Of a stretch of DNA of 64,000 nt, positions 50,884-64,000 are shown piece by piece. Positions within the stretch are counted from its first letter, which is position 1; every line of letters begins with the position of its first letter. The notes below the pieces were generated by a model. That model saw only the letters and a program-made list of their open reading frames with translations, was not told the DNA's origin and made no database searches. A program made the translations under genes and the position numbers. Origin of the DNA: Felis catus (Eukaryota); NCBI RefSeq assembly GCF_018350175.1, contig NC_058382.1:52020001-52084000 (forward strand), in the 5' to 3' direction.

Positions 50884-51029
50884 TGAAATTCAGTATATTT
50901 CAAATGAGCCCTTGTCTTGAGTTCTGTGGATTGTTTTGAGTTAAATTAAGACTGAAATAACAGGGCCCATTTTTTTTTTTCTGAGGGTCTTATCATCTCT
51001 GTGAGTCTAAAGTTAAGTAATAACCTATA

Positions 51030-51650
51030 TTAGGTGATGTAGTAATCACTTTTAGAGATGTAGAAGGCAAAAAATGGTAACATGTGCATATGGTCTGAAT
51101 ACTCGTACAGGACCGGCAAGGTATGAAATAAAAAGTCAAAGTCCCTCCCAGGACTTGTCTTGGAAGGTAAATACTATGAACCATTTCTTGTATATTCTTT
51201 CACAAAAGTTTGTATATACTAGTAAACATACACGTACTGTTGTGTACTTGGAGTATTTCAGTGAATCCCGTAAGATCTTATCAGTGCATATAGATCCACC
51301 TCATGTTTTGAACTGCTGTGTAATCTCCGTCGTGTGCTTATACTGTAATTTAACTGAGCACTTTCCCTTTTCTTGGACCTTGTGTTGTTTGCCTTGTTTC
51401 GCTATGCTAAGTGACACTGTCTTAAAGTTCAGTCGCTTGCATTTTCATCCAGTGTTCCATCCAGAAAGTTACATAGGGCAGAATCTTAGCGGCGGACTCA
51501 CTGATTCAAAGGGCATTTGTACTTAAAATTTTGGTAGCAGTTTCTCAGCTGGCATTGGGTGGTATGATACCAGTTTGTCTCGCTGCTGGAAGAGTACCTA
51601 GCTAGCAACAGGCAGTGTCAAACTTGCACAGTTTTGCCCATTTGATGTTA
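51030..51650 (-). mobile_element. Old L1ME-like relic
   Basis: gatccacctcatgttttgaactgctg...taatttaactgagc...tgttgtttgccttgtttcgcta...caaagggcatttgtacttaaaattttg. Confidence 0.55.
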
Positions 51651-54600
51651 TTCCTAAACTAGCAAAAAACCAAATTCAGTGGCCCTCGTAATACTGCAAG
51701 AACCATATTGTACGATGTTACTAATATGTAAACTTGTCTTAGAAGGTAATACTAAAACACAAATGTTTATGCACTTCAAAGATTATCTTTATTCCTCATA
51801 TGTGAGAACAGATACATTTTGTATTTAACTCATTATAGCCATTGTTTTATGGAGAGAGGCAGAAAACCCTGGATCTGCCCTATTTAGCCTTAGTTAAGTG
51901 GGGCCTTTGCAAGCCTCTTAATCCATTTAGTGCCTCAGTTTCCTCCTCTCTCCTTCTGACAAAGAAGGTTGAATGGTATGAGCTTAAAGACCCACCATTT
52001 TGTTTCTCTTTCTTGCATTTTAAGCCAAAATTGGGTTTTGGGAGTAGGTTTCAGAGGACAGAACGTATCCTTGTACACTTTCATGCTACGATGTTAGTAA
52101 CTTGATGTCCACGGGCAGACAGTGCTCCCAGAGGAAGAGTTACCCAAAAGTATTCACTGTCAGGCATATGAGTAAAGGAATTGGGAGCAAAACAAATTTT
52201 ACTCACATGGCGGTCCAAACATTTAAATCAGATTTTGTAGGTTGTAGACTGATCTCTGTGTCCTGTCTCATCTGTTGGCCTATTCCCTGCGAATATCGTT
52301 ACACTCTTTCCTCATTTCCCCTTAGATGATGATTATGGGAGCTCAGATTTAGCACCAAAAGCCATTTTCTGTCATTGCATTATTACCATGGTGCCTGCCT
52401 TCGAGATCCACCTGGAGCTCCCCTCACTACCCCACCCTCCATACCTGCTGGTTTGGTTTCCTTCAGGCCCTGCCTTACCTCATCTCAGCGCTGGGATTTA
52501 ACCTGGCACATCCTTAAATGCCACCTCCTTGCGTTTCTCAAGGTCAATTTGATTGACTCCAGTTTTTCCAGCTGCTAGCCAGCTTGAGCGTGTTCATACT
52601 TTATCCACGATGAATCCTATCAGTAGCAGAGCTGGGAAGGTACTGTAGCATATTGGTGCCTCACGGGAGGTTCTCGAAACGATCCAAAGTTTTTTGTTGC
52701 AGCAAAAGCTCGCTCAGAAGTCTGTGGGCCGTTTGGCTCAGCCCTGGCTCGCATGTGCCAGGGCTCCGCGGGCCTTCTCAGCTTGGCTCTGAAGATGGAG
52801 TTCACGCCTCCTTCCCCAACTTGTTCTTCCCTGCCTGGTCTTTCTATTCCTGCCTTCACGGCACATTCTAGAACTGCTGTGTTCCAGAACACGCGTGTCT
52901 GCCTCCAAGCCAGTGGAACATTATTCTCCTGCTCACCGTGGGACACCTGACAGCCGCTCTTTATTGAGTCCCTGTCATGTGCTGGGTCCTGGGCAAGGCA
53001 CTTCATATCCCTGTTCAGGAGATACAAAAGCCTGGTCTTCTCCATTTTCTAGAAGAGGCGGTGGAGGGCTCAGGGGTCCTCCCAGAGTCACGCGGCTGAC
53101 GAGCACAGAGGCAGGCTCCTGGCACAGTTGGCACACTTGGCCTCCAGTCCCAAAGTCCGTCCACCTCACGGTGTGGCTTTTCTCCCAATATTGGCATCAT
53201 GCATGTTCATTACCTTTCAGGCTTTGCTTTCAGAATTGCTAGATGCTGGTTGAGGGATTAATTTCAGGATTAACCCTGTGTCTCAGAGGAAGCAATACTT
53301 AGGTATCTTACTGTCCTCAGCAATCCCTTTTCATTCAAGACATCCTTTATAGAGTTCTCAAAACACTTTTGGGGGGGGATCTAGCTATTTAGTAAAACAT
53401 AACTTAAATGAAAACACATTCCATATGGAATTCTATTAAGAGCCTATACACAATTAAGACTGCTAATAATTAATTCACGGGAAAACGCCCTCCTGCTGAG
53501 ATGTTTGGGATGCTCGAAAGTTAGTAATACGAATCGAAAACAATTAAAATCGGATAACATGGACTATATAGAAGTAAACTACCCTCTTAAAAGGCCAATC
53601 CATTCAGCATAATTTAAAAAGGAGGGAGGGTAGGGAGGCCCATCAGTCCCCAGTCATATTTCAGTGAATTATCTCTGGATCTGGGGTTCATGCCTATGTT
53701 GTTAAGTTGCCCTCCGTATGAGGATGTGATCTACCTCATTCACATCCTTAAGTGGATTACAGACTAGTGTCCCCTCTAAGACAAGCACCTGTTTTTTTTT
53801 CCTGGGTATTCCAAGGAGCCCACGGAATGGGCTGGCTGAGTAGGTAGTTTACTCTCCTGTTTTCAGGATGGAGTGGATTCTCTTAGTTAGCAGCACTGTC
53901 TCTATGGTAGGATTCCATGCAAGAATCTACATTTGGGACACTGATAGGTGTGTCTGAATCTCTGCTCTTTTGTGTGGTTTAGGATTTCCTTTACTCAGTA
54001 AGTACTTCTCCAAGGATGGTTTGTTGCTCTGTGTATGAGATGTGGCCTGTCCCATTCTCCACCCTGAGATCTGAGGACCTCCAAGGGGGATTGTATGCAA
54101 TGAGCAATAGTTGATGAGGTATCAAAATGTACTTTAGAAGCAACCACAACCAGACTCCGGCAACCCGGGGTAGAGCTCTTGAAAGGCCTACGGGGGGCTC
54201 CTACTTCCTTCCTCCTCTCTCACCTTATTACCATTCCTGAATTTTTAGATTCTTATAACTTGGGAACTGAGGCTTTTGGTTCTGGGGAAGAAGGAGATTG
54301 AATAGCACCGAAGCAGCTGGGACTGAGGTCCCCCTCCTGTCTACACACACATCAGTTGTGTGCAGGAGGAAGAGCGGTGGGGCCGTGGCTGGGGTTGCTA
54401 GGGGGATTGAAAGGGCAGGGGAAGCAAGCCCGCCTCATGAATGCCAGGCCCTTAGCTTATCTGCTTATTATGTAAGAGAGTTCACTTATGGGGGCTGCCC
54501 ATTGGTGACATGTGGGGCCCAGTGAATGTGCTGAAGTTCTGACGTCTACTGGAGACTGAGATAATCGAGGAGTTGGCCAGAAGTAGCCTGGTCTGGGGAA

Positions 54601-57600
54601 GAGGGGCTGACGGTCCTCCAGTGGCATTCTTATGCGACCCACTTGCGAATCCTCAGACTGTGGCTTGGACCTGTTCCCCTGTCATAAGGGAGGAGTGACT
54701 CAGCCATGTTTAGTTTGGTGAGAAGCTCCGGTCCCCAAGGAAGACTTCAAGTCCATGCTTTTCTGACTTGTGTTTTTATTTGGCTTAAACCTCAGGTCTT
54801 CCTAGGAATGGTTAGGATGGCGTGCTCTCGGCCAGGAGAAGGCAGCCGGGATCCAGCTCAGCTGCTCTCGTTTTCTCCTGGGTGTGTTAGCCAAGATTCC
54901 CAAGAGGTCTAGAGAAGGCAGGCTGGGTGGGTCTCAGGGTGCCTCCTGGGCAGATGTCCCTTGGTGGGGAACGTCATCTCCAGCTGATGGCCACTGCTGT
55001 AAAATATGCTGTGTTCTAATGGCGAAGCATAGAAGCAAATACACCCTATGACCTTGAGTGAATTCCTTAAGTTCTTCAACTACGGTTTCTTCATCTATAA
55101 CAATACAATAATTCAGACAACAATATTTATGCCAGGAGACATAAGCGGCTCTATTAAATGCATTGACCGTATGCATGTATAGTCTTTAACGCATTGCTGA
55201 GGATAGATTGAGTATTCAATTAAATTTTATCTGCTGCTATTAATAACTATAATAATAATTTCTTATTTATACATGAAGGTACGAGTGATGCTTACTCTTC
55301 TTAACCTCTCCAAGTGGCTTCAAGAGTTGCTTTAGGGAGGATGTTTATCAGCATGATTCAAATGGGGTTGCAATGAATTCTTTCTCGGTCTTCCTGTGTC
55401 TGGACTCCTACATTTTATTAGATGTGTATTTAGTTTGTTGATTAGTATTTTCCAGTGAAGCTCATATTAGCACTCAACTGTCATTTGAAAAGCCATCTTA
55501 ATTATTTATGAGATTGCTTTTTCTTTTGTATTTACAAAGAAATACACTTTGCATATATTTAGGAAAGATGATTAAGGGATCAGTCATCAGGAACAGCGAG
55601 CGATGGCTTATACCAAAATGGTTATTGAGAAAGCAGGGAGATGAGGGGTAAAAAGAAAAGATTTATTAGTCAGAGGTAATGGGATATGCATGTGTCAGGG
55701 AGAGCGTATGCCTGGTTGGTTGTAACCACACAGTCTGATGCTGGCGAGACTGAAGTGTCATCATTATTCCGGTTTTCAATAGATTTGATACGGGGGCTAT
55801 TTATCTCGTTGGAGGGCAGGCATGTGGAAAGCTGCCGGTATTATGTCATGGTGCAGCCTCATTGATAAGCATCGGAAATCATGATTTTAGTTGTGTTTTG
55901 AGATACAGAGGACTTGATGCCAACCAATGTATTAGGCACATGGGTTCGACACTTGATTTTGCTGTGCTTTTTGGAGACACCAGCCCCCTATGTTTTCATG
56001 ACGTGATACTGAGAGCGATGGGGTGGGATGCCTAGTGCTGAATCGCATGCCTTCTTAAGAGCCCTGGAGGAATTGAGCTACTGTTAGGCTCCCTCAAATG
56101 TCCTTTATGATCTGGTGGAGCTGTGGCATTTGTTGGAATTTGCCCTTTGGTAATAAAAGCTGACATCCTTTAACTTGACTTTCCAGATCAAAGGCCTTAG
56201 GTGTGGTGGGATGCCTTCTTTTATGTGGCTTGTGTGTTCGGGGGAGCGAGCAGCCTTTGGGGTGGGTAATTTACAAGCTCGATGCCCGTCTGAGCTGGTG
56301 ACTTGGCTCGGGAAAGATGGTTGTCATTCAACACATCACAGTAGGGCTCATCCCCGTCGTTTTGAATGATCTTTAGCTAAACCAAAAATATAAAAACTAT
56401 TAATATTATTAACAGTTGTGGATTATTGGGAAAAATTCATCTTAATTCAGCTGCTGGTTTGGTTCCTCATTTCTTAGCTTTAAAAAATTGTTTTTATGTG
56501 TTAGTATTGGATTTTCAATAAATAAAGTATGGTATAAACAAGTCTGCGAACCATATAAACCACTTGCTTAAATCAATAAGCCTGCACACACACACAGGTG
56601 AAGATAAAGTTCTAGAGTTCTCCCTTAAGACACTTCCATTTTCAAATGTCATGGTGTGATCATCCCCTGCAGATGGGGTTAGGTATTCATATGTATTTCT
56701 CTACAAGGCCTGATGCTTAACATTTAGCAATGAAATATCCATGTTATGTGTTAAACCCACTTTGCAGATTTGGAATTGGAGGCTAGAGGGAGTGAAAAGG
56801 CCTGCCTGAGCTCACCCAGCTGGGAGCTACAGGGTGGAACCTGGGTATGAAACCATATTTGCCTGACTCCAAAGCCATCTTGCCACCTAATTCCAAGTTC
56901 CTGGTGTGTGTTTTATCAAAAGACTGGCCTCTGTAAAGACTTAGCCAAAGATTGTATTCATAGAGGTTTCTATGTGAGCATTTTTCTGTTCATGATAATA
57001 AGGGTACTGATATCCCAGGAAAGAGAACTTCTGGGTGCCTTTTGGTAATCTGACGGAGCTGGTGTACCTCCCCTCCCCAAAGGAAGCTCATTCCTTCTGT
57101 CTCCTTCCCAGACTTAACTTCAAGTGGCATACAGGGTATTTACTCTTGTATTTGAGTTGCGTCTTTGACTTTTTTTTCACGGGCTCAGGAAAGATTCTGT
57201 ATCAGGCAATAAATTATGCCTCTCCCTCATCGACATAATTGTTTGCTAAAATATTCTGAGTTGTCTGTATCTCCACAATGCCCCAAACTTGGGCTTGGTC
57301 CTATCCTCCAAGTTTTTTGTTTCATTTCTCATTCCGAAAATTTTGCATTGACATAGTCTTGGGTGTCATTGTTCTTTGATCGTTGTCTGTGTGTCTTTGT
57401 TTTGCGTTCTTTTTTTCCCCCGGTCACTGCTCTCAGTCTTGAACTGAATCTTTCAAACTTTATATCCATTGTAACCTTTGTATAACGAGGGCTGTGATTA
57501 ACCGTGGAGTTTTAAAGAGTGAAAGTCGAGCATAAATGGCTAGATCCAAGCCATCACTCCCAATCATGTGAAACCCAAAGCAGATGTATCCTTTCATTAA

Positions 57601-58141
57601 TATGGGGTCCCCTGAGTTCTTATTAAGCAATTTTGACATAGTTTGAAGAGACAGATTTCATCTTGAGATGGTGTTCAGCCACTGGTTCAAAGGCCTCCTT
57701 CTGGCCACTAGGCATTTAGACTCTGTTCATTACTTAAGAGGAAAAAAATATGCTTGAGACTGTTTTTCATATTTATTATGGGCCATTTACAGAGAGTCTC
57801 AGACATTGCAGGTGTTAGATTAAACAGAGACGAGAAAGAATAAAACCTCCTACACAAGGACAAATATGGAGATGCAGTGTAGACAAGGCAGCCAGTCTCT
57901 GAATGGAGCAGCACACACTAATAAATCAGGGTTTACTTTAACTGTGTATTCAAAATAGACTAATGTTTAATTTATAGGGAGGCAGCCCAGTGGAGTAGAG
58001 GGAACCCCACCTTTGGAGTCTACACAGGCTAGGGAGTGTATCCAGTTTCGAGCACATGCTCACTGGGTATCCCTGGGCAAATTTGGTTACGTCCTTGATA
58101 GCTCTTGGTCATGGTGAGGATGAAGTGAAATAACACATATT

Positions 58142-59004
58142 GTGATCTTGTGATGTATGACAAGAAACGTGTATTTGGTCTTCCTGCCTGTTTCTGGAGG
58201 AGCTCCTAAGAGCCTTGGACCTTCCCAAGTGAGGAGAGCCCTATATAGAGATGTCTTTTGTTAAGGAGGTGAGTTTTGGGCCCCACCCAAAGATGGGGAC
58301 CTGTTTCCAGTGAAGCCAGCTGTGTGATGAGAGGTTGGAACTTCTAGTCCCACCCCTGGACCCCTGGGATGGGGAGAGGGGCTGGAGACCAAGTTCAGTC
58401 CTCAATGAGCAGTGACTTAATCAGTCATGCCTGATTGTAATGAGGCCTCCGTAAAAACCCAAAAAGGAGAGGGTTCAGAAAGCTTCTGGGTTGGTGAACA
58501 CACAGAGATCCTGGAGAGTGGTGCCCCTGGAGAGGGCAAGGAAGCTTGTGCCCTTTCTCACATATCTTGCCCTGTCTATCTTTTCCATCGGACTGCCCTG
58601 AGTTATATCATTTAATAAGAAACCGGTGGTCTAGTGAGTAAAATGTTCTGAGTTCCATGAGCCACTGTAGCAAATCAGTCAAGCCCAGAGTGGGGGTTTG
58701 GGAACCTCTGATTATAGCTGGTCAGTCTGAAGTACAGGTAGACTTGGTGACTGGAGTCTCAAGTCGAAGGAGAGGGTTGTGGGAACTGCCAGTCTGTAGC
58801 CTGTTGGTCAGAAGCATAGGTGACCGCCTGGGCCGGAGCCAGTCTTGTCCCACTGAACCCATAGCCTGTAGGATCTGATGAGATCTCCAGGTAGATGGTG
58901 TCAGAACTGAGGCGAATTCTTGGACACACTGCTGATATAGGAGAATTGTTGGTTGGTGTGGGGACCTCTTCCCCTGCTCCGTGTTGGAAATTGGGTGTCA
59001 GAAG
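58142..59004 (+). mobile_element. MER21-like ERVL solo LTR (~860 bp)
   Basis: tgtgat...gtatttggtcttc...gaggttggaacttctagtcccaccc...aatcagtcatgcct...taatgaggcctccgtaaaaaccc...gcttctgggttggtgaacac...gtgtcagaa. Confidence 0.8.
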
Positions 59005-59472
59005 ACATAGCCTCTCTTGTACAGAATGTGGCTCCTAGTAAAAACTCAGGAAACTTCCAGGTACCTGCTGGACAGGCTGATTTGCTCATCATTTCCCTAA
59101 ATTAGACAAATAGTCCCAGAAGTCTTGTTGGAAAATGTATTGTCTTTCTACTCCCCCCCCCCTTTTTTTTTAAATGATCAGAGTCCGAGGACACAGCCAA
59201 ACCTGCCTTCATCTTCCCATCAGTGTGTCCTTTAATAGCTAAGGTAAGGAGCAGGCGCTTTCTTCCCTCCCAGGGAGCAGAGAGGTGACCATCCTTGTCC
59301 CCGGTGCTGACGGTGTGGAGTTGGCCGGCCTTTTGCAGAGGCTGGGGTTGCTGAGGGAGAAGAGTGGAGAAAAATCCACTTGGTGCCCCTAGGGGACTCC
59401 TGTGGAACTAGTCCCTCCACTTAGTCAACTAGGGGATGCAGACATGACTAGAAGGAGGCCTCAGAGGTATTC

Positions 59473-59975
59473 GTGGTGTTTTTAAAATCTGCCCACAGGT
59501 TCTTTGATAGTCTTCTTAGGAGGTGGAACCCAATTGTCCTCCCCTTGAACGCGGGCTATACTTAGTGACACCCTTAATGAATAGCATGTGGCAGAAGTGA
59601 TGGAGTAGGACTCCCAGGAAGGGTCGTAAAAGGTGTGCGGCTTCCTCCTTGCCTGCTGTCTTGGATCACTCCCTCTGGGGGAAGCCAGCTGCTGTGTTGT
59701 GAAGATGCTCAGGTATCCCTGTGGAGAGTCCCACGTGACAAGGAACTGAGGCCTTCGGCCAGGAGCCTCGAGAGTGAGCCCCCTTGGACCCCTCCAGCCT
59801 CCTCAAGCCTGCAGGTGACTTTGGCCGAGAGATTGACGGCAACCTCACGAAAGACCTTGACTCAGAACCACTCAAGATTCCTGACCCCATAGAAACTTGG
59901 TGCGGTAACGAATTCTTACCGGTTGAAGCCACCACGCTTTGGGGATACGTGTTACATAGCGGTGGGTAACGCGCA
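59473..59975 (+). mobile_element. MLT1F-like MaLR solo LTR
   Basis: gtggtgtttttaaaatctgcccacaggttctttgata...ctctgggggaagccagctgc...gaactgaggcct...tttggggata...gttacatagc. Confidence 0.8.
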
Positions 59976-61109
59976 TGGGGGTCATGCCTCAAGGGGAGAA
60001 GGATCTCTGGAGAGGAACAGGACAGTGAGTTCAGTGCAAGACATGAGCACTCGCCCAGCGATTGCTTCCAAATGCAAGGAACCTTAAGTTCTTAGGGTTT
60101 CTTCAGCTGTCCAGGTCACCTTGTTTGACCTCTTTCCCACGTGCACACCGCTCACACAACATCCCTGAGCAGGGATCTCCAGGCCTTGGCTCCTGCTCTC
60201 CCGGTTGACGGGGAAGCTCCTCCCTGTCAGGCAGCACCTCCGAATGACAAAGGTCTCTCTTAAATTGAAGGCAGCCTCTTTCTCCAAGCGTCTCCTACCC
60301 ACCGGCCCCGGTCCTGCCCTCCGAGTTTCCTTGGGCTGCCTTCTCATCAGAATCCGCCTAACACCTGCATCTCTCAAATTCCCTAAATAATAAACCAAAA
60401 GTTATTGAAGACATCGGGTTACTAAAAGTTGGCGGTCAGGCTGGCCCCTCTCCTCGCTCTGCAACCCCTGTCTCCTTTTATTATTGGGGTCTGGGATGCG
60501 CATGGCAGGGCTTGGCAGCTGGGGGGATCTCCGTCTGTCGCCGCATCCTTCTGCAGGCGGCAGATGCGGAGCCCAGACCCGCTTTGCCTTCCCTGGAGTT
60601 AATGAATCAGTGTGAATGAAGCGCACAGTCTCCTTTTAAATGACTGCCGAACACTGCGCTCATTTACCCGGCAGTTCTCAGAGTCTAATTGTTCCAGCCA
60701 CAATGTGATCCGTAAACTGGGTAGCTGGGAGAAGCTTCAATGCATCTTTGTAATGGCTTTGTTGTTGTTTATTGAGAAGGACTAATTAACTTTGATTATT
60801 GCACTAATATTGTGGCACTTTGACAGCCTTTCAGATTTATGACTCTGGGAAAATAAACAAATGAAATGCAGGTGCTGGAGCAGAAAGAATAAGTTATTAC
60901 TGAACTTTAATTACTTGGAATGTGTAGCCAGGAGAGAATTAGTTGATGAATTACAGGATGCTTAAAATCTACATCAAATTGTGAGCCATCTGAAGACAAA
61001 AATGAAAAGGGGGCTGGGAGGGTGCTGTTTTTAAGGCAGAGGAGGATAGGACACATCTCTGATGGTCTCAGTAGTGATTCATTGATTAGTCCTTGTGGTT
61101 CCCTTGCTG

Positions 61110-61320
61110 CAGAAGCTACCCAGTGCCTGCTCAAAGCCCCTTCCCTGACCAGAAGCTTACAGCATCACTGGAGAACCTGTTTGAAATGCAAATTCTTGGG
61201 CCTCACCCTGAGACCTGAGACCTGAAGGGATCTGAGTTTCTGGAGATGGGGCCCAGCAATCAGTGTTTTGCAGTCCCTCCAGGGGATTCTGAGTCACAAA
61301 AAAGTTAAGCAACGCTCTAC
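61110..61320. mobile_element. MER5A-like element
   Basis: cagcatcactggagaacctgtttgaaatgcaaattcttgggcctcaccc...ggggcccagcaatcagtgtttt...ccctccaggggattctga. Confidence 0.75.
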
Positions 61321-62093
61321 AATTCTGAGACTATTTGAGTGATTGGTTGATTTCTCTTTGTTGTTGTTATTAATGAAAGGTCAGGGGCAGAGTTTTAACT
61401 TTGTTTACAAAAATCAGATGTTCTCACACACAGTTACCCCACTAGACGAAGACTTTCAGACTATGTTTTTAATGGTAGAAATATTTATAAATTGTCTACA
61501 ATGAGTTTCGTATAGTGGGTGATTGAAAACAGTTTGGAATATTGTCATTACCATCAAGGGTTTCACAAGCGAGGGATGACTTCTGAGGTGTAACCCATGC
61601 CAGAACCCAGTGAGCGTGGTCAGAATGAAGTTCTTCTAGGACTCATGACAAATGCTTTCTCAGGTGCTTCTAAGCAGCGTCCTCGAGGAAGGAGCTGTGG
61701 GCAGGCTGTAGTCAACCGAGATGGTGGGGGCACGGTCCAGTGCAAGGGAGGTGATGCGCAGAGGGGCTTATGGGGAATAGCCAACTTTGGATGCAGTGTT
61801 GCGGAGGAGTCCAGAAGCTTCCATTTGAAGCCGGCTCGTTCAGGCCTTGGGGTTCTGTTCTCCTAGGGGAATGAGCTTTATTCTTTAGGTCCTAGCAGCC
61901 ACTCAAGAATCCATGTGGGCATGTGCCATCCGTCCACAGTGATGCAGAAAGATAAGCACTCAGGCCGAAATAGAGGCACCGTTGGCTTTGCTCCTGGGCA
62001 GTGGGGTCCAAGTGGCAGCTGTGATCCTTTCTAGCTCACAGAATATGCTTGCCTATTTCCTGACACTCAAGAATGTTTTCAAGTCTGTCATCC

Positions 62094-62281
62094 GGGGCGC
62101 CTGAGTCGGTTGAGCATTTGACTTCGACTCAGGTTATGATCTCATGGTTCATGAGTTCAAGCCCTGTGTTGGGCTCACTGTTGACATCTCAGAGCCTGGA
62201 GACTGCTTCGGATTCTGTGTCTCCCTCTCTCTCTATCCCCCCCCCCCCATTTTCTCTCTCAAACATAAACATTAAAAAAAA
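62094..62281 (+). mobile_element. Can-SINE, sense, deletion in A-box region
   Basis: ggggcgcctg-agtcggttgagc...gagttcaagccc...ttcggattctgtgtctccctctctct, A-rich tail. Confidence 0.9.
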
Positions 62282-63659
62282 TTTAAATCCATACACCAAG
62301 TCCCGAAGGATAAAAATAATTGTCCCTTCCAATGTCTCCTGCTCCGAGAACCTTTAACCTTTCCGTTTACGGGGGAAAATGGCCCTTACTCTTCAGAAAC
62401 TCTGAGAAAATGGGGAGAGAAACGTGTTTACTTATCTGCATCGCTCTGTCAGGGGTAGGGTGATCAGACACATATTGTTCAAATCAGGAAATCTTGAGAG
62501 CCAGAGGAGGGGCTCGTGCTAATTGTGCTGGGAGAGCAGGCATCAATAAGCAAGGAAAGAAACTGTAAAGTCTGAGCAACGCTGTATTCCAGAAATGCAC
62601 CCCTGAGTGGAGCTGCCCCTGAGTGGCTGGCCTGGCTGGACTCAATACACAAGGGACAGGTCTGGCTTGTGATGGGGCACATTTGAGCCTCACGCTGGCC
62701 TTAGTCCCCGTAGTACTGGGTTGTCTCCTGTTAGCACTTTTCCTTTTAAAGACGCTCCTGTGTCTACTCTCACAAAAGCTCGGCCAGCTTCCTGCCCAAG
62801 GGCGTCCCTGGTTCCTGGACAGTTGCAGATGTGACCGTAACTCCAGATCTGTTGTTGTCGAGCAGGATGTGGAGTTTTTATTCCAGAGACCCTTCCTTTC
62901 ATACTGTGTGTCCCACTGTCTGGAACCTTCCGATCTCCCTCTCATGGACAGTGATGGATCCTTGAGGAGTAGGCGTGCGTCCCAGTGTTAGACAGAGTCA
63001 GACCCTTTCACAAGGCAAATCTACCCAGGAAGCCATTGAGAAATGAGTAGTGCATTGGTTTGGGCTGGTTCGCAGCCTGCCTAGACCATAAACATGGATG
63101 TCTGAAAGCTGGTTCAAAGCTTATTTTCAGCGCTGGGTAAATCTGCAATGTTGGTGGCAGTGCTGGGGTACTCGGCAGTGACGTCGGTGACTGGAGTTGT
63201 ATTGCAGGCTTGAGCCACCACTGTCTGTGGCATCTTTGAAGACCTGCCCACACAGACAGCTTTGGGGAGATCTCAAGGAAGAGCAGAGATAATTCTACAT
63301 TCCTTTGAAGTGTAGGTTAAAAATAAAGTTCTTAGTCATGTATGACCCACTGGGTTTTTGCACGATTCTCTCAGCCATTACTTTTAGGGGATACAGCAAA
63401 GATGTGAGCCAGTTTATGCAAGAATAGCATGATGAGAAACTCAATTGTGAACTAGTGAAGGTCTTTTTAGAGACAGTAATGAATTCACAGGTCATATTTG
63501 GGTGTAGTTTCGTTATAAAATGTTAGAGCTTTAAGATTGGAATGGACTTTCTGAGGTCAGCCAATTTAACTTGCCCCCTTGACAGGTGGGAAAACTGAGG
63601 CCCAGAGAGGGTAAGTGACCTGTTTGTTCAATGTTACTTAGGCAGTTGTGCCTTCTTTC

Positions 63660-63686
63660 GTCTTTTTTTTCCCCTTCATTTTATTT

Positions 63687-63719
<33 letters not shown>

Positions 63720-63883
63720 CATGAGCAGGAGAAGAGGGGCAGAGGGAGAGAGAGAGAATCCCAAGCAGGCTTCACGGTCAGCACAGAGCCCGTTGTGGGG
63801 CTCAATCCCACCATCCTGGTATCACGACCTCAGCCGAAATCAAGAGTCGGATCCTCAACCGACTGAGCCACCCAGGTGTCCCC
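63660..63883 (-). mobile_element. Can-SINE inserted beside/within a MIR (~63520-63650)
   Basis: Near-TSD cagttgtgccttcttt / cagtcgtgccttcttt; (GA)n tract. Confidence 0.92.
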
Positions 63884-64000
63884 CAGTCGTGCCTTCTTTT
63901 GAGACATTATCATGCTGTCCACTTACCTGTTGTGAGAAAACATACATGTATATACATGTTTTTAAAAAGAGCATAGAATTGCCTGTAAGACAGGAATCTA

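Overview
Mammalian genomic DNA, almost certainly felid (carnivore tRNA-derived SINEC_Fc-type SINEs and an L1_Fc-type LINE 3' end). It holds the 5' part of WWOX (WW domain-containing oxidoreductase) on the + strand: a CpG-island promoter and coding exons 1-5 (347-453, 6702-6766, 7128-7185, 9086-9264, 48867-48973). These splice at GT-AG junctions into an open 516-nt, 172-codon frame covering WW1, the NLS, WW2 and the start of the SDR domain. The gene continues past the window in intron 5. The rest is intron: about 18 Can-SINEs, a young L1 nested in a MaLR LTR, ERVL/MaLR LTRs, MER DNA transposons, MIR/L2 relics, simple repeats and several repeat-poor, motif-dense blocks. Nearly all ORFs in the supplied track are spurious. 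I found no new multi-gene system. The best leads are a possible WWOX isoform-switching architecture (5'UTR donor plus internal Kozak Met114, in-frame exon 2+3 skip giving a hybrid WW domain, 36-aa read-through, a 114-nt in-frame cryptic exon), a U6 fragment nested in a SINE tail, and young insertions with perfect TSDs. Repeat family names and human comparisons are from memory, not a database search; repeat boundaries are approximate unless TSDs are given.
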